Positions 36,850 to 52,155 are shown, counted from the first letter of the whole stretch. The stretch is 63,923 nucleotides of DNA, filler included, from Choristocarpus tenellus KU-1152 (GCA_964200185.2; 12 parts of 12 records of this genome joined end to end with filler, not necessarily neighbours in it); one strand, 5' to 3'. Translations and numbers: made by a program. The notes: a model not told the origin generated them from the sequence alone.

Positions 36850-38600
36850 ATGGAAACCCTCTAAAGCATTGAATACTGTCTATAATTATAAAAGGTACTG
36901 TGAAGTCCTGAAGTCAAGTCATATAGGTCAATTGAGGATATGCTTTAAACAGGATTCATTCCTTTTAGACACTATCAGATATCAGGGTGTTTGGTTGAAG
37001 GAGAACATAAGCCCCAGCTACACCAGCTTTTGTGTCATGTCTAAAGCAAGACGGGAAAATGGTCCTCCAAAGGCATGAAGACCACCCTGTAACATGGAAT
37101 TGGAACAAGAGGCCAATGCTGACACATCCACCACCCTGCATAACCACAACCCATGCTAGTACACCACATAGCCAAGGCACCATTCCCGAGCAGAATATCA
37201 GACGTTGATTCATCCCTGCACAAGTGTACCCCTGAGGGGAAGAAAAAGAATGTTTCAGGTCTTGGTTCAGATCCTGTTTCTAGCTCTTTGCATCTGGCTC
37301 GTCTTGCATAGTAGAGTGGAATGCAGTGCCCAACTATAAGAATCCTGTGTATGGTAATAGAAAGAAATAGGGAAGGGTCCTCCTTGATCAATGCATGAGG
37401 TAATGGCGTCATATGTACTATGTACATACCTACGTATGTGATTGTCCTTAAATGGACAGAAGATGCTCTCCTCCTCAGTAAGCATTTACTCCATCACTTT
37501 TCGAACCAATCGGTGTTTACCCCCCACAGTTAGTGAATGAGAGACACTGTCTACTTCTTTGGGGTGTGTACAACATCATATTGGAACAACAAAAAAAAGC
37601 TGTTCACAACAATCCATTCGTCATGTTTTGGAGGTGTGAAGTCATTCAACTTTGGGGCTAACAACTTGTCAGTCACATTCCCAACAGGCATACTCCATAT
37701 TCCAAGGGAGGCTGGTATTAGCTGGTACTTTGCCTGATGCCTCCAATTCAGCAGGTCTATTTGAGGGCTGCCACACTGTGTGTTACTGAGGACGATTCAA
37801 CAGGACCCAAGTGATCCTCGGTCCAACGAAGTCTCTCAGTATAGAAGACAAGTGTGTGCATACCCCCAGGACCATGCATGTTGCCCATGACAAAGGCCAC
37901 CGGCACAAGTCAACATCATTTGAAAAGGAGCCAACCAAACAGGATTGAACATCTTGTGCTTTGTTTCTCTTCCAGGACATACTGACACTCTCCTCCCATT
38001 TTGCTCAATTGTGGACTGGTTTGTGAGAAAGCGGGTGCACGAAATCACCTCAGGGGCTAAGTACTACAGTCAATGGAGCGTCCAAACACAGTCATTGATG
38101 TACTAAGTAAAAGTATGCGTGGTTATGTTTGAGTGCACATGGTTATTAGAAAATATTTGGCAGAAAAGAGCACAAACATCATTGCTGCAACTACTTAACT
38201 CAAGAGATTATCATTTTGTAGACCTCTACCCATACATCAGTAGCAGATCTCCATTTTCTTCCCTTAGGACCAGAAGTCCCCAAGCCCTAAATATATTGAA
38301 CTCCATAACTATAACAAACAGCAGAAAAACACACAGAGTTCTGGACTCTTCCAGAATGTCAAGAACAATTCAATGGCACTATTCTAAGTACTTCAATCAT
38401 AATATGCCTGAGAGAGGCACTCTGGTGTACATTACAAGGCAATGGTAGCAGCAAAAGTCGAGCAGCCAGGTCATTATACACCCCACCGTCTGTGGAAAGG
38501 TGGCCTTTGTTCCTCCTAAATCATACAGGGTACGTACCCATAGTGCATGCCTCCTACTGCAGCACACGTTTTGACATTTATGTCAAATTCAACTGCCACA
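36850..38600 (-). pseudogene. Possible very decayed DIRS/Ngaro-like retroelement remnant
   Basis: Scattered weak resemblance to DIRS RT/RNase H segments with many stops. Confidence 0.22.
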
Positions 38601-39674
38601 AGTCGATGCACACAATGGAACAATGTACTGAAGTATGAATCAACAAACCACACAAGCAGCAGGAATGCAAAGTAGGCTCAACAGACCTCTTTCCGAAAGA
38701 AACAAGCATTATAAAAGTTAAGCATTCACTACTGCCATAAACTGACCCTACTTTCTAAAACGGACACAGAAACCCCAACTATGTCTCTGGCACATATCTT
38801 TGCCAACTAAACACTAGAAAAATACATTTATTCATGCCCCCAGATAAAACACAGGTGGGATCCCATACCCATTCAACAGTTTTCATGACGTATCAAAAAA
38901 TTCTTTCCTCCACATTTGTCTCATCAGAACCAAACCTCGAGACAGACATCACCTCTAGGACCCTACAGAAGTATCTACATCCTGTAGACCATTTGTGATT
39001 GGAGACTCTTCACCAACCCCCAGAACCCAATGGTGTGTCAGTAAGAGGGAGATACGAATCCTTAGATCTATAATCTTCCATTCTGTAAACTGACAATATT
39101 TCTACCTCTTGGTTCACCCACAAAACCATTGTGTACAACGTCAAACTCCTTCCTAACTACATTTTCACCTTGGCAGCCTATACCAGTGACTTCACCCTGC
39201 ACCCCTCACCTTCCCCCCACACAACAAATAATGTTTCTAAAGTGATACTATTTTCAGCACAAGCAGACTTACTCCTGTCTATTGAGGTGGGTGCAAGTGT
39301 ACATCCTTCTAAGGTTCCCCAAATTGCCATCGGGTAGCCGAGGAGCTACTAAAATACCCTCTATCATACAGTTCCTTCTTCCTGTAAGATAAAAAAGAGG
39401 ATAAGCTTATTCTTGGTGGGCTGGCGAATGGGGCATGCAAGTTGCTATCAGCAGATCGTGCAACATGGGCAAATATGGTTGATGTACCGCCTCACCCGAT
39501 GCCGCACGTGGAAAATGTAGACCTCTCTATCTTCCGGAATTACCTGATTGAATGAGAAAACCGATAGAAGAGACGAGGAGGGGAAAGGAGGGGTGAAGGG
39601 TGTGGGGATAGGAGCTCATCCATGATAGGTGCACAAATTTACTCAACCATATCTGGTTTGCTGCAGTATACTGA

Positions 39675-39832
39675 GGCTCAAAGTATCTCGGGGGGGGTGG
39701 CGGCTGTCCAATTGGGGTCAATTTTTTTCATGTCGCTATTTTTTGTGTAATTTAGTTACATACGTCGGATGAATAATGTAAGTGCATTTTTCCTGGTCAT
39801 CCCCCAAAATGGACACCCTGGTGTAGACCCCC
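39675..39832. mobile_element. MITE subfamily A, truncated by linker
   Basis: GGCTCAAAGTATCTCGGGG...GTCCAATTGGGG...CCCCAAAATGGACACCCTGGTGTAGACCCC. Confidence 0.85.
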
Positions 39833-39932
39833 NNNNNNNNNNNNNNNNNNNNNNNNNNNNNNNNNNNNNNNNNNNNTTAATTAATTAANNNNNNNNNNNN
39901 NNNNNNNNNNNNNNNNNNNNNNNNNNNNNNNN

Positions 39933-40100
39933 GGGGGGGGGGGGGGGGGTGTCTACGCCAGGGTGTCCATTTGGACCAAAATCAGGAAAAGTGCATTTAC
40001 ATTATCCATCTGACGTATGCAACCAAATCTCCCAAAAATCGCGAAGTGAAAAAATTGGCTCAAAATGGGCAGTCACCACCCCCCCCAGATACATTGGGCC
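39933..40100. mobile_element. MITE subfamily A, truncated by linker
   Basis: Ends CCCCCCAGATACATTGGGCC. Confidence 0.85.
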
Positions 40101-40793
40101 ACAAGTGTAATTCATCTGTCAAGTTCCTGTAGTCAGAGCGCAACTTAGCTTGTGTATCCTAAGAAGTATATAGTATATATGTATGTATTGTATAGACTGC
40201 CTCTGTTGAAGCTGGTTGAGAAGGACTGAAGTCTATCATCCATGAAGGGTATCTATCCGAGAGATCACACACAACCAACCTACCAAGACCTTGAGGCATT
40301 CCCGTAGCACCTGAGCGGATTTCCCAAACCTGCAAAAAAAATTGCTTGCAGCACACGCTCCAGTCATCATAGTGGTGGAGTGTCTTGATTTGAATATGTC
40401 TCATGCACAATCTTCCATAACACAAGAGTCCAAGTACATTGTTAAGAATAAAACAATTTGTTCTAATCATAACTGTGAATGATACTATTGACTAAGGTTG
40501 GTTGAATCATATACAAAAAAAAGTGCTCACAGACCAAGCACTTCATGAAAAAGAGAAGTCGAAGAGGCATATATGCCAATACATCATGTGTATGTATTGC
40601 TTCGCGCAGCATATTTTTCTCTCTTCCGATGAAATTGTGAACATTAACTCATGTTGAGTCTGCCATCCTATTGTGTGTGCGTGTGAGCTTGTGCGTATCT
40701 CATACGCATATCCGCAAGAGTTGAACCAAGAAGGTTGCCTACAATTAAGCTATCCAACCAAGTTATACAGGAAAGAATAATAACCACCACTCT

Positions 40794-41052
40794 GAGCCAA
40801 AGTAAACGAGAGGTACCCAGGTTTTGGAGGTTCTGCATTTAAGCCAGGTTTTTAATATTTCGCAATTCACCCATATTTCTATGGATAAGATATTAAGTTT
40901 GAGTTGAGAACATTGATTTCTCTATTATCTGAAAATTTTCGACACAATTCAGAAAAATTCCTATACACATTTTGTAAAAATAGACGGATTTTGTACGTAA
41001 TTATCAGCATCCCAAAAAAGCAACTCTGGGTACCTCTCGTTTCCTTTGACTC
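40794..41052. mobile_element. MITE subfamily D
   Basis: 27-bp TIRs GAGCCAAAGTAAACGAGAGGTACCCAG / CTGGGTACCTCTCGTTTCCTTTGACTC, flanks TCT/TGT. Confidence 0.87.
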
Positions 41053-44000
41053 TGTGCTGCCCTTGCAGTGTAGAGCTACAGCTCTTCAGTACCCTTCATC
41101 AATAACAGGTGTACTTGTCCACAAGAAATGTAATACTCCGTTTGAAACAACAAAGGAGGAAACTACTATGTCCATGTCTGTGCAGCAATACTAGCCCTTT
41201 CCTAACACATGCTGTAAGTCCTCCACACACGTGTACAAAACATGTTGTAAGAGCACTAATACCCTGCAAAACCGTTGCTGCTCTCTCTCTCTCTCTCGTT
41301 TTTTCTCTCTTAGGTTCCTCGCAAATCAGTCAAGCAAATAGCTTGTGGCATCGATTTCGGAATTGGACTATTGTGCACAAGACTTTCCCGATTCCTTGTA
41401 GTCACTACCGCCTCTATTGATAGCAGTTCTAGAAAATAAGAGACTGTTGCGTCCTCTTCAGAATATCCATGGTTATGGTAGCAGATGCTTGTATGTACTC
41501 TACCCCATAATACTTCGAAGTATGTATTTTGCATCATATGTAGACTCATGTACAAAAAATAGTTGTACTGAATATTGTTTCAAACTAATGTTTACTCAAG
41601 TGGGTTAAAAAAAGCTATTCGTGTGATGACTCTGGTGCACATTCTGGTGCTGAGCGTGTTGAGCGTATTATTGATGCGATTTACGATATTTACATTTGAA
41701 TTACAACTACACAGTTTGGAAGCATTGCTTTTGTGGGCTGTGCAGTCGAAAAAATGGCGAAGATAGTTGAGGATGGATAGTGTTTGGGTCAGGGTGAATG
41801 GAGCGAAGAGGTTATTGATAGGAAGATCGATGGTGGGCCTTGTCATCTGCCAAGTGCGGGCAAGACCATTAGGTTCATGAGAAAGAGTGAGAGAGCAAGG
41901 GAAAGAAAAAACTCCTATATTACATTCAAGTATTCCAGAGTACTTCAAAGTGCGTGACACTGCTAATTACTCGAGAAATGTGATGAATTGTGTACAACAA
42001 GGATTTTGCGTTCATATATAGGATTATAATTCGACCTACATGTTATTTACATAACATAGATAATTATGTATTGGTAATTGTAGTTTTCTGTGAATATAGT
42101 GCTAGACTAGTGCCAAGTTAAAGTATTATAACCTATGATATATTATTTCATATTCTCTGGATGGTTGAGGGTGTGACTTCTCTGGTTGAGTATGCAACCC
42201 AATTTATTTTTCAAAATGCTTCACATGATCGATACACAGATGGATGGAGTGGGAGTTACTTCCATGGAATTGTGAAGTTCTCCTCCTACAGGTACGAAGT
42301 AGTGCTAAGCAATACTACTATACTCAATAATAACTGCAAATCATGTGGAGACAACCCAGTGAGTAGACTAGTAAACACACATGTAAGGGGCATTTTGGGG
42401 CTGGTCATGAGACAACTAAATCGTATGGTCAAACCTCAATAATTTCAGCTTCTTAATTCCAAATATCCGAAATCCATATATCAAGCACTATGGATTGTAC
42501 CTATATTGGTCACAAATATTTTATATTCGTTATGGAGAGAAAAAGGAGCAATATAACCTGTACTATCCTATCTGCGCCATACCACAAAAATGCAAGACCA
42601 AGAAGAACAAGGTAGCACAGCTTCATCATCCACAACACAATGATGGGTCAACAACAAGACTCAAAAGGAGAGATTACACAACAAGCCGCGGGATGAGCCA
42701 AAGTATCTTAGAGGGTAGGGCCTCGTCCAATTGGGGATCAAAATCCAATGTTGCGATTTTGATGTAATTNNNNNNNNNNNNNNNNNNNNNNNNNNNNNNN
42801 NNNNNNNNNNNNNTTAATTAATTAANNNNNNNNNNNNNNNNNNNNNNNNNNNNNNNNNNNNNNNNNNNNAATCGAAAAAAGGGTAAAAAACGGACGCCGA
42901 CACCACCCCCCTAGATACTTTGTCCCACTGTGTGTGTGTGTGTGACTCTTTTGGACTGTGCTATCCATTGAAAGGTGGGACTGAAAAGTGACTGCTGTTC
43001 TACTGGTCCTTTTCACACAGTACCAGATGTTGTTGATCCAGAGTCTATTTTGTGTTTATAAGGATTTAGTGGAATTTTCAAATCTGGAAATTTGAAGTGC
43101 ATACTAGGTTCTCTCTGGAGGTAGAACAAAATCTTTGTTTTCTTGGCTATATAAATAAGAAGCATAGAAATATAGTCAATGGTTGGTTCTTGATTGGAAG
43201 CAATTCCAACTGACCAGATTGAGAGGAACAGACTGATACCAAAAACATTTTGTTGATTTAGATCTAGCAATGGGGCGTGTATGCCTGTTGTAAAGAAATA
43301 ATTCTTGATGGGAGGCATTTCGGAATTTTTATATTTTAATGGTTGGGCAAAAGCCACAAAAGGAGGAATGAAATTGGTGTTGTGAATGAGAAGTTTAATA
43401 TTAAAGGTTCGGTTCTCATTCCTTTATTTTCTTTGATCACAAGACAAGCAGGTCTGACTCAGTGTGTCTCACAACCTAGTGCCTTCTTCTGCTTCAAGAT
43501 GTGTCACTATTCACAACTCATTACGCATTCACGCCTTTAAATCTGCTCGAGGAACCGCGAAAGCTTGGGGTGGGTGAAGTCAACCATGCGTAACAGCAGT
43601 CTTGGGACTGGTAGTAAGTCTAATCCAACTCAGTCAGCAAAACGATTGCCTGGAGGAATGGTGCAAGAACGTGTAAGCAAGAAGGATTATCCAGGATGCA
43701 TGTTCTACTCCAATCTACATGCACCTTGGTGGGACAGGTGTACCTCAAGTCTGCTAATAATAGTCTCCACGAGGGACTTGATGACAATCAGTCATCTGTA
43801 GATCTGATCCTCTATTCCAGCGGGGGGAGGTGTGATGTGGACATGGAACATGAAATGCTTGTATGTGCTTAGAAGTTTCACACCACCAGAGGGTTAGCTA
43901 ATGAACCTTTGACATTGATGCACTGTACTTTCGAGTAGGATAATATATCGGCATACTGTGTTGTTCACAGACGACAGCTTCCGTTTCCCTCGTACGTGTA

Positions 44001-45544
44001 TGTATATTATACATGTACATGTTACATACTTCAGATCAATTAACAAAATCAACTTTTTTTTCCTCTCCCTTACTTTCCTGTTCCACTATATACATGCAGG
44101 TCCTTCCTGCCTTTGATAGCAATGCTTCTGGTACCTGCAAGAAGCAGGTCCAGAAATCCCTGGAGGGTGAGACCTACGATACTACTCATAATGGTACAAG
44201 TACATAATAAAGCCCTAAAGAGAGAGACACAGGGACCCCAAACACTCAACCACACGCCCCGCAAATACAGGATAGCTCATACTTCGAATTTCTTGATGAC
44301 CAGTCCACAACAATGGTGTGTATGGGGTACCACTACGCACCCAGCAGCCACCTATATAGTAATCAGTAATCAAGTATTGGTACATAATTTAACAAAAATA
44401 TTTTGTACCGTATGAGTGTGCAGCCAGCAGAGAACGACATACTCGAGTAAAACCCACCTCTGCACCTGGTCTGGACATGCAGAGAACTCAGCCTTCAAAT
44501 AAATGATAAGATAATGGACGGTTTGACAGCAGAAAATGAAGAAATAATGCAACTCTCCCCTTTGGGCTAGGCAACACACACCACAGTACAGTCTCAAATT
44601 ATTATTATTATTATACCACGCTGCTGTATTTACTTCTAGTGTCACAGGAGCTAACAACAATGTAATTTACACAATAACAGGAGCCAAAGCACATGCACAA
44701 CAACTAATAAATAACGTTCTGGGGGAAGAGGAAGACTGCCTTTTGGAAAAATCTCTGGGAAAATCGCAGTGAGATAGATGGGGCAGGAGGATCCATCGAT
44801 GGCTCTGCTCACTCTACCCTTCTTGCCCAATTAGAATAATGAATGTTCTGGCGTCCCTTCTACTCCCAGTTGCAGATGCACACACAAAACAACCAGAAGG
44901 ACACTTCGTGCTTGAAGGTAACAGATATGAGAGGAGAAAAAAATAATACACGTGTATGAGGGACAGGCAGGCCAATGACGAACCCTTTCTTGACAACTGC
45001 ATATTGCTCAGCCCCACAGAAAAAAAAGTGCAAGTGAAGTCTCACTTCTATCCTCCCACCCCCTCGCAGTTAAGCTACCACTCCCTTCCACATGTAATCC
45101 ACCCCTCTTGGCTTCCCATGAGCAGGTTTGGGCAGGGGGACACAGTGCAGTGTACCACCTGTCTCACAAAGATCTCCGCCTCTATTCCCCACTCACAGAG
45201 AGAGGTTCAATTGTATCCTCTACAAAACTAGCAACAATGGGACAAATGGATACTTGGTCCAACCCCACACTGAAATGAACACACACATACATACATAGAC
45301 ACAACAAACAGCCACTGGGCATCCAAAAAATTCCTCTCTGGCATGGACAACAGAAGCAATCTCATCTCCTGAGAGGCCAAGGGGTTCCAGTCACAGGAGG
45401 ATGCACAAAAAAACATGAAACGGGGACCACTGATAGACTACACACTTTTTCAATGCACAATATATTATCCATGAAAGTATCTTTGGCAAACTGCCTCCTC
45501 CGATCCCAGCAATCAATGCTCTTCCACTCCCACTCTGACCATAG

Positions 45545-48500
45545 CTACCACAGCTGCCTCGCCACAGCCTCCACTGTGTAGGTGAGAGCAGTTTCAGCTA
45601 CCAGCACACCAAGAAACATCATCCGGAAACCAGGTGGAAAGGGCGACAGCTGCAGCCAGGTATCAAGCCAGGGGAAGATGCCCAGAGAGACACACGCAAG
45701 GATGGTGTAAGAGGCGATGACAAGCCACCACATGGGTTTGTTATCTTGTAATGGCTCCATAAAGGGTCTGCCTGTGTAGTTGGCTACAAATGTGTTAACC
45801 TGTGGTGTGCGGGAGTGTGGGGGTGGGAGTGTGGGGGCAATTTGGAGGGGGAAAGAGGTAAGTAAACGCATCCATGGTGAACCTGTAGCTCTACCTACAG
45901 GAGAGTGTTTATATTTCCACCTACAAAAGAACTCCAGTGGGTGCCATTCATAGTAAGAAACAGGTATGCTCGAAAACCACACGTGTTCTCCTACTCCAAC
46001 TGAACGAACAGCATCTATCTATAAACAAGATCGTTCTGCAGGAAAGAGCAAAGCCCCAGCAAACCTTTTCACAGTGCCCTTCAACGACCACGACACAAAG
46101 ACGACTCTTCTTTTGTACACCTACCCCACCATGCCTCGCCACTACTGCGCTTTCACACTCACATTCTTCCAATGGGGCCTCCCGTTGGGAGACAGGGATG
46201 TGGGCATGACAACTTTGTTGCCCCTAAAAAAACATGAGCATTCAGTAGTCCACACAGGGCTCTACCAACTACCGTATAACCAGAATACAACTCATACATG
46301 CAACCTATTGTAGGGTAAGAAGCATTACTCGAGTCAAGAAGGCGGGACGTATCTATAGTGCAAACATTAAACTCATGTTTACACAAGTGCCACCCTCAAA
46401 CAAAATGTGACACGCTCTTGTGTTTATCAGCAGTGTTCATTGGTACAGGCAGCTAGCGTGGTCGGGGTCTAAATCATCGCCACACACCAATCCATGGCTT
46501 ATTTGTGTTAAAAGGGTCAGTCTATGATGGTAAAGGATGTATACACACATATATACTCGAATTAAATTTTTCATTTAGCGAACCAGCCCAGTTCAAATGG
46601 CATTGGACCGACTCAACCAAGAGATATCGAGCCAACCCATAAATTGTTCTAAATTCATGTGGTAATAAACATGTTTCGCATATATGCCTTCAGCCACACT
46701 CCTTTCTATGATTAGGATGACAAAAATTGAGAACAAAATCAGACCTGCTTTGTTACATCTTTTTCTCAACGCGTTGTAAAATGGTCATAACAGGACTACA
46801 TCAGCCCACAGCCCAGTCTGGTAACAATCTCTCAAGACCCTGGTCAGAAATATTGCAACTAGTCCAGCTAGCAGGCCTGACAGGTTAGAAAATATTGGAA
46901 CTGGTCTGACCCATAGACTGCACTGACTGCCATTCCCCAGTCTGATGAAAATGTTTGGTGTTTTTACTCTCTTGGTCTGATTCTGACCTCAACCCACTCC
47001 ACAAACCATGAAACCCACCACTCTCTCCAAAACATGCTAAGCACACACAATGCAAAACCTATTGTAAGAGATCTAAAATATCTATGGTCATCCCCACATG
47101 TTAAGTACACTAACTCAAACACATGAATATTCCAACAAAGAAATCAGTATTACACAACTACCCCATGACCGCGCGCATGTATCCTCATCCCCCTCCTCCA
47201 CCCTCACTACAGACTACACCCACAACCCTCCCAACCCACCCCCCACCCTATACACAGGCATACACAGCGGAAAAGCGCACCTGCATGACAGCTGACAACA
47301 GAAACACAGAAGAGTTGAAAGTGTTCGGCTCAAAATCTCCATCAAGAGTCAACGATTCATCATTCGGATCCACATGCTCCAAGCACAACCCTGTCACCAC
47401 AAGCAGGGCCGTGAGGTGTGTAGCAAACTGTCCCACCACCGAAAATATTACAGGGAGACAAAAGATTCGGGTCGGGGGGCGTGCCTTGGACAGGCGTTCC
47501 AAGGGCCGGGCCCGGCTGGTCAGGAAGAAGAATGCTGACATCACCAGTCCCAAAACTGTCATTTGATAGTCTCCCTGCTTCATGCCGTGGAGGTAAAGGG
47601 CTGAGAGAATGTACGCAGAAGTGAGGCAGTTCAGAGCCAAAATCTGGGTAACAGATATACGCACAGTGGGCAGGAGGAGATAGTGAGGAAAGAGGTCAGA
47701 TATTTCAGGTACCTATTAAATGGTACCACACATGCTTTCAATTAATGTCGCTGGTAGATGTTCCCACATCAATTTGCAACCCATGCAGTCCACCATATCA
47801 ACAGGTCTGATAGACCAAGCAACAACATACTCTAGACCCTTTTGATATCATCAAAATGAACCAGAATCCAGTTTGCTCCCACCCCCCCCCTTCCCCATCC
47901 CCTTCCCTTCCCCATGTCCTTCTAACTCTCCCGTACCTTGTACACCTGAAGCGTGGTCACCAGAGTGCACCTACCCTGACGGATCACAGTGAGCACACAT
48001 CCCACCGACGTTGTCTTGGCCGTGAACGGGGACGCAATGGACGCATCCCCCAATCGAACAAGCTGGGGGTCCATGTCCTGCTCCTGAGCCTCCGCCAAGG
48101 CAAGCACTCGACTCCTGCTTGCCTCTGAAGATAAGTCGCCCCCTCTCCCATCCCCCGTTACACCACAGTCTTCACTCTCATTGCTCTCCCCACCACGACC
48201 ATTGCTGCTGTCATCCCCTGTCCCATCCCTTGCCACGTATGCCTGAAGCCGCTTCTCCATCTCAGGTGAGTTAACAATAGAGACCCCAACGTGAGAGCGA
48301 CGCAACGCCCCCACATCGTTTGTTCCATCTCCACAAAAAAGAGTATGTCGCCCGGAGGCGTTCAGCTCCCGCACAATCCTCTCTTTTTGGTCAGGCGAAA
48401 CCCTCGCAAAAATTGATACGTGGGGGCAGAGCAATGATAGCGCCGATGCCGGCGCAGGCATAAACACGGAGGAACCACTGCCCACCCCCGAGCCTTTGCC

Positions 48501-49046
48501 TACACCTTTACCCTTGCCATCACCCTCAGTAAACTCAGCTCCAATCAGCTGGGACAGAACATCCCCTGAGACGCACAAGGAATACCCCAAAGATAGTTCA
48601 CCCATTACCCGCAAGTCGAGGGGAGTAGTACCATCCTCTTGCAAACAAGAAAAATCAGTAGGCTTACCCACAGCCCCAGCCCCCACCACACCTCTGCCCT
48701 CAACCTCATCTGCCACAGAGCCAGCCACCAGTGGCTCCCAGTAAAACCCTGAATTTCTGCCGTTGCCTCCGTTGGCCACCGCAAGCACAAGCGTTCGTTC
48801 AGGGGGTTGATCAATCATTCCGACCTTGCGGGCAACATCAGCAGCAGTGAGAGCCCCATCCCCAGTAATCATTGCCACTGAGTGCCCAGAGTCCCTGACC
48901 TCTCCCACCACGTAGGCCGCATCTGGCTTGAGAGGGCAGCCAAGGACAAGCATCCCCGCATAACATAGGCCACTCTCTGCACCTGCCCTCGTGAGCCGAC
49001 GAACAGCCGTAGCATTCACGCTTGGCTCCAGAGCTCTGTACCCCAG
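45545..49046 (-). CDS. ATP13A1: P5A-type ATPase (ER transmembrane-helix dislocase ATP13A1/Spf1), 3' three exons
   Basis: Exon 49046-47937 (CPLKPDA, MITGD, FARVSPDQKE, CGDGTNDVGAL, LGDASIASPFT, IRQGRCTLVTTLQVYK), 47643-47281 (ILALNCLTSAY...FEPNTFNSSVFL), 45799-45545 (VNTFVANYTGRPFME...stop). Confidence 0.94.
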
Positions 49047-51026
49047 NNNNNNNNNNNNNNNNNNNNNNNNNNNNNNNNNNNNNNNNNNNNTTAATTAATT
49101 AANNNNNNNNNNNNNNNNNNNNNNNNNNNNNNNNNNNNNNNNNNNNATTGAGGATGGGCTTGACCCAAATTGACTGGGATAAAGTGTCGATATGTTTTTT
49201 TTTGTAAAATTTAAAAAACAATAATAAATATATAAACCTGATTTCGTGTGAGTTGTTGTTGTGATGCGTCTGGTTTGTGACGAAGAAGATCATAGCACAA
49301 CAAAGCACTGATGAATTTGTTCTGGTAGGTCTGATGACTTGTTGTATTCAGTCAGACAGTGTTCGATGTGAAAGTGCGTTTGGATGTACTGTAGTCAACA
49401 CGGTTAGAGGCAAGTGTGTGTCATAGTGCAACAAGACACCTACGGGTTTGGTCTGGTGCGTCTGAAGCGATGTCTTCCTCAATCAGACTTTGGTTGGAGT
49501 GAAATGGGTACTGCTACATCTATCTGTGGCATGTTTTACTCAAGCAGAATGTGATTGATAGAAACAGTGTGGTCATTCATTGTGGCGCTCAAATGAAGAA
49601 ATCAATCCTTTGTGAAGAGGGTTGTCGCCTTGGTAGAGAAGGGTTTCGAAGGATGGTTTTAACTCTGTTTATATTGCATCCTGGCGTGTGTCGTACACGT
49701 GTTGCAGAGTGATAGGATGTCTTGTGGTAGGCAATGCCAGTCAAGTAAAAAATAAGAATCAACACATCTTATGCGACTGGTAATTTTTTTGAAAAAAGAA
49801 GTAACACGAAGAAGAAAGAACAAACAACCTTGATTGCATCCATATCTAACGTAACTACTCTCACACATAATATGCCTCTATGAGTGATAGTTAGCGACTA
49901 TTCCTATACTTCCTATGTACTCTGATCTTCTAAGTAAGTTGTGATGATGAGCTAAGGAGCAAATAATGTAGTTGGGAATAGGGACCATTGCAATGGACAA
50001 ATCAACGTTCACTATAGACTGACGATGCTGTATCGTATCAAAGCAAATCGAATGAGTAGCCTATGTTTTAACAATATCTCAACTTTAGTTGAGGGGAATC
50101 AGAACACAACAGAAACCTAAATGCATAACAGATGTGGCAAAATGACAGAATAATCTCACAGAAGAAAACTGGATCAGCCAGAATCGGAATAGACTTTGCT
50201 CTGACAATCCCTCTTGGTGTTCGATCAGAACTTGATTTTGTTGGTGTATACGCTTTGTAGGTTGATCGATATGGACAAGTTCAAAGACGTGGTTGGTGCG
50301 GGCAAACATATTAGAATATCCTCAATCGATTATGTGTATGCAAGATGCTGAAAAGCAAACCTCTCGCTCACATCTAAATGATTTTTATATATACATATGG
50401 GTTATCCGTTGCTACCTCATCGTCACGTACCAATCTTAAGTTGTGAAGAAGAGTAATAATAGCAAAGAGCAATCTTCGAATCATATGTTGTGATATAAAA
50501 AGAAAGCAAATCGCACACAATTCTACATTGTGATTTAATAGGACAGAACAATTGTGTACAAGTGTGTTTTAATACACTAGAAAAAAATGTGTACAAATAT
50601 ATTAGCATTTTCCTAATCCTGTAATTACATACAGTCTATACTGAGTTGTGTTGGCCTATGATCATGGTTGGGTTTTTCCAATATCCTTTGTCATCTGATA
50701 TTTAATGTATGAACTTGAGATCTCTTGACATTCTTGGAAGTTAAAAACATGTATGTGTACTGTATATAATTCTGTACAGTTGGTGCACCTATATAAGAGA
50801 GGGTAGAGGCAAGCAACCCCCCCCCTCTTATATCCCAACCCTCTCTTACTGTATATATGAGAGCATTTTTTCTCGTATGTACAGAAAACCTTCCCAAGAT
50901 AACCATCCGCAAGTCGTTGGATGGCTGGACAGACGACTCGCAGTTCAAATCAAATCAATGTTCGAAGCCAATCTCTCTCCAATAACCTGCCCTACTTATT
51001 CAATTGCACTCTACAAGGATATTATA

Positions 51027-52155
51027 CAGTACAGTATCAAAAACATCACCATGGATCAAATGTGGCTACACCGCCATACACCTCCCATCGCATGCACTGA
51101 GTAAAACAACTTATTCGCTGATAAAAAAATCGTGACTGCCAAAAAAAACTCGAATGTCCTCTTGTTTGATTGCCCTTGCTCAGATTGCGCTGAGTCAAGC
51201 CAGCTTTGCTTTCCGGAGATGGTACGAAACATGGTTCATGCTGCACTCTTGGACGGTTGTTTCTAAGCATGCAAACTCGTCAGCTACTTGAGAGTACGGT
51301 GAAGGAGGAATCAAGAACACCGAAGAGGCTGCTCCTTTCCTCGCGGCCCCTGATGCACTGCCCCCTCCCATAAACCCATCGTCATCCTCGTCACTCGAGC
51401 TTTCATTGTCTGACTGGTACAAGAATTTCTCGAGCAGGTGGTCTTTCATGCCCTGTAGTGTCGCCTTGGCCACTTCATCGTTGTCTTTCACACCGATCCA
51501 CGGCCTTGCTGCGTTGATGGAAGCCTAAGACGGTTTTCCACCGGGTTTGGGGTGCAAAGTGTCAAGAGCATTGGAGGGATCCTCATTAATATATAGGGAC
51601 ACCTTGTGTGGGACGTACCTGTACGAAAAAAGATGGCCACCTGTGATACTACAGTGCACACAAAACAGACATTACAGTACGACAGAAACGAGCGCAAAAT
51701 TTCAAAACATTAAATCATGATCCTGATCAGCAGACAGTGCATAAAAACATTTCAATCACGTTCACAATCAACCTAATTTCAGACTTTCAATCCACACAAT
51801 GACGCACCTCGACATATTTGATGCCCCTCATAGACTTGGCATCAGGCCTTAGCGTCTGTGGTTTCTCCGTGATGCTTCTTGCCTCCTTCAACTTGTAGAG
51901 GGTGCTATGACCGATTCCAAACTTTTGAGCAACCGCAGTTCCCACCATGGTCTTAAGGAGTTTTAATGCTTCCACCTTCTCTGCAAAGCTCAAGCGTTTA
52001 CGAATGTTGGTACCTCAAGGCTTGTAGGACGCAGCTTTCTCCGTAGATATATTTGGCAACACCTTCCCCTTGCCCTTATTCTTGTTATCATGGCGCTTTG
52101 ACGCTGTGTTGTCACTGGCTGGAGGACTCAAAGTCTTGCACTTGGTGGGGCTCAT
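51027..52155 (-). mobile_element. pogo/Tigger-like transposon deletion derivative
   Basis: RKRLSFAEKVEALKLL...VAQKFGIGHSTLYKLK (CENP-B/psq HTH) followed directly by the acidic C-terminal tail (PPSPYSQV...VSYHLRKAKLA). No DDE domain, in-frame stops, TA-CAGTA-like end near 51027. Confidence 0.6.

Noticed and set aside
40140-45200. Several short AG/GT-bounded exon-like blocks
   Set aside because: Could not be joined into a recognisable protein.
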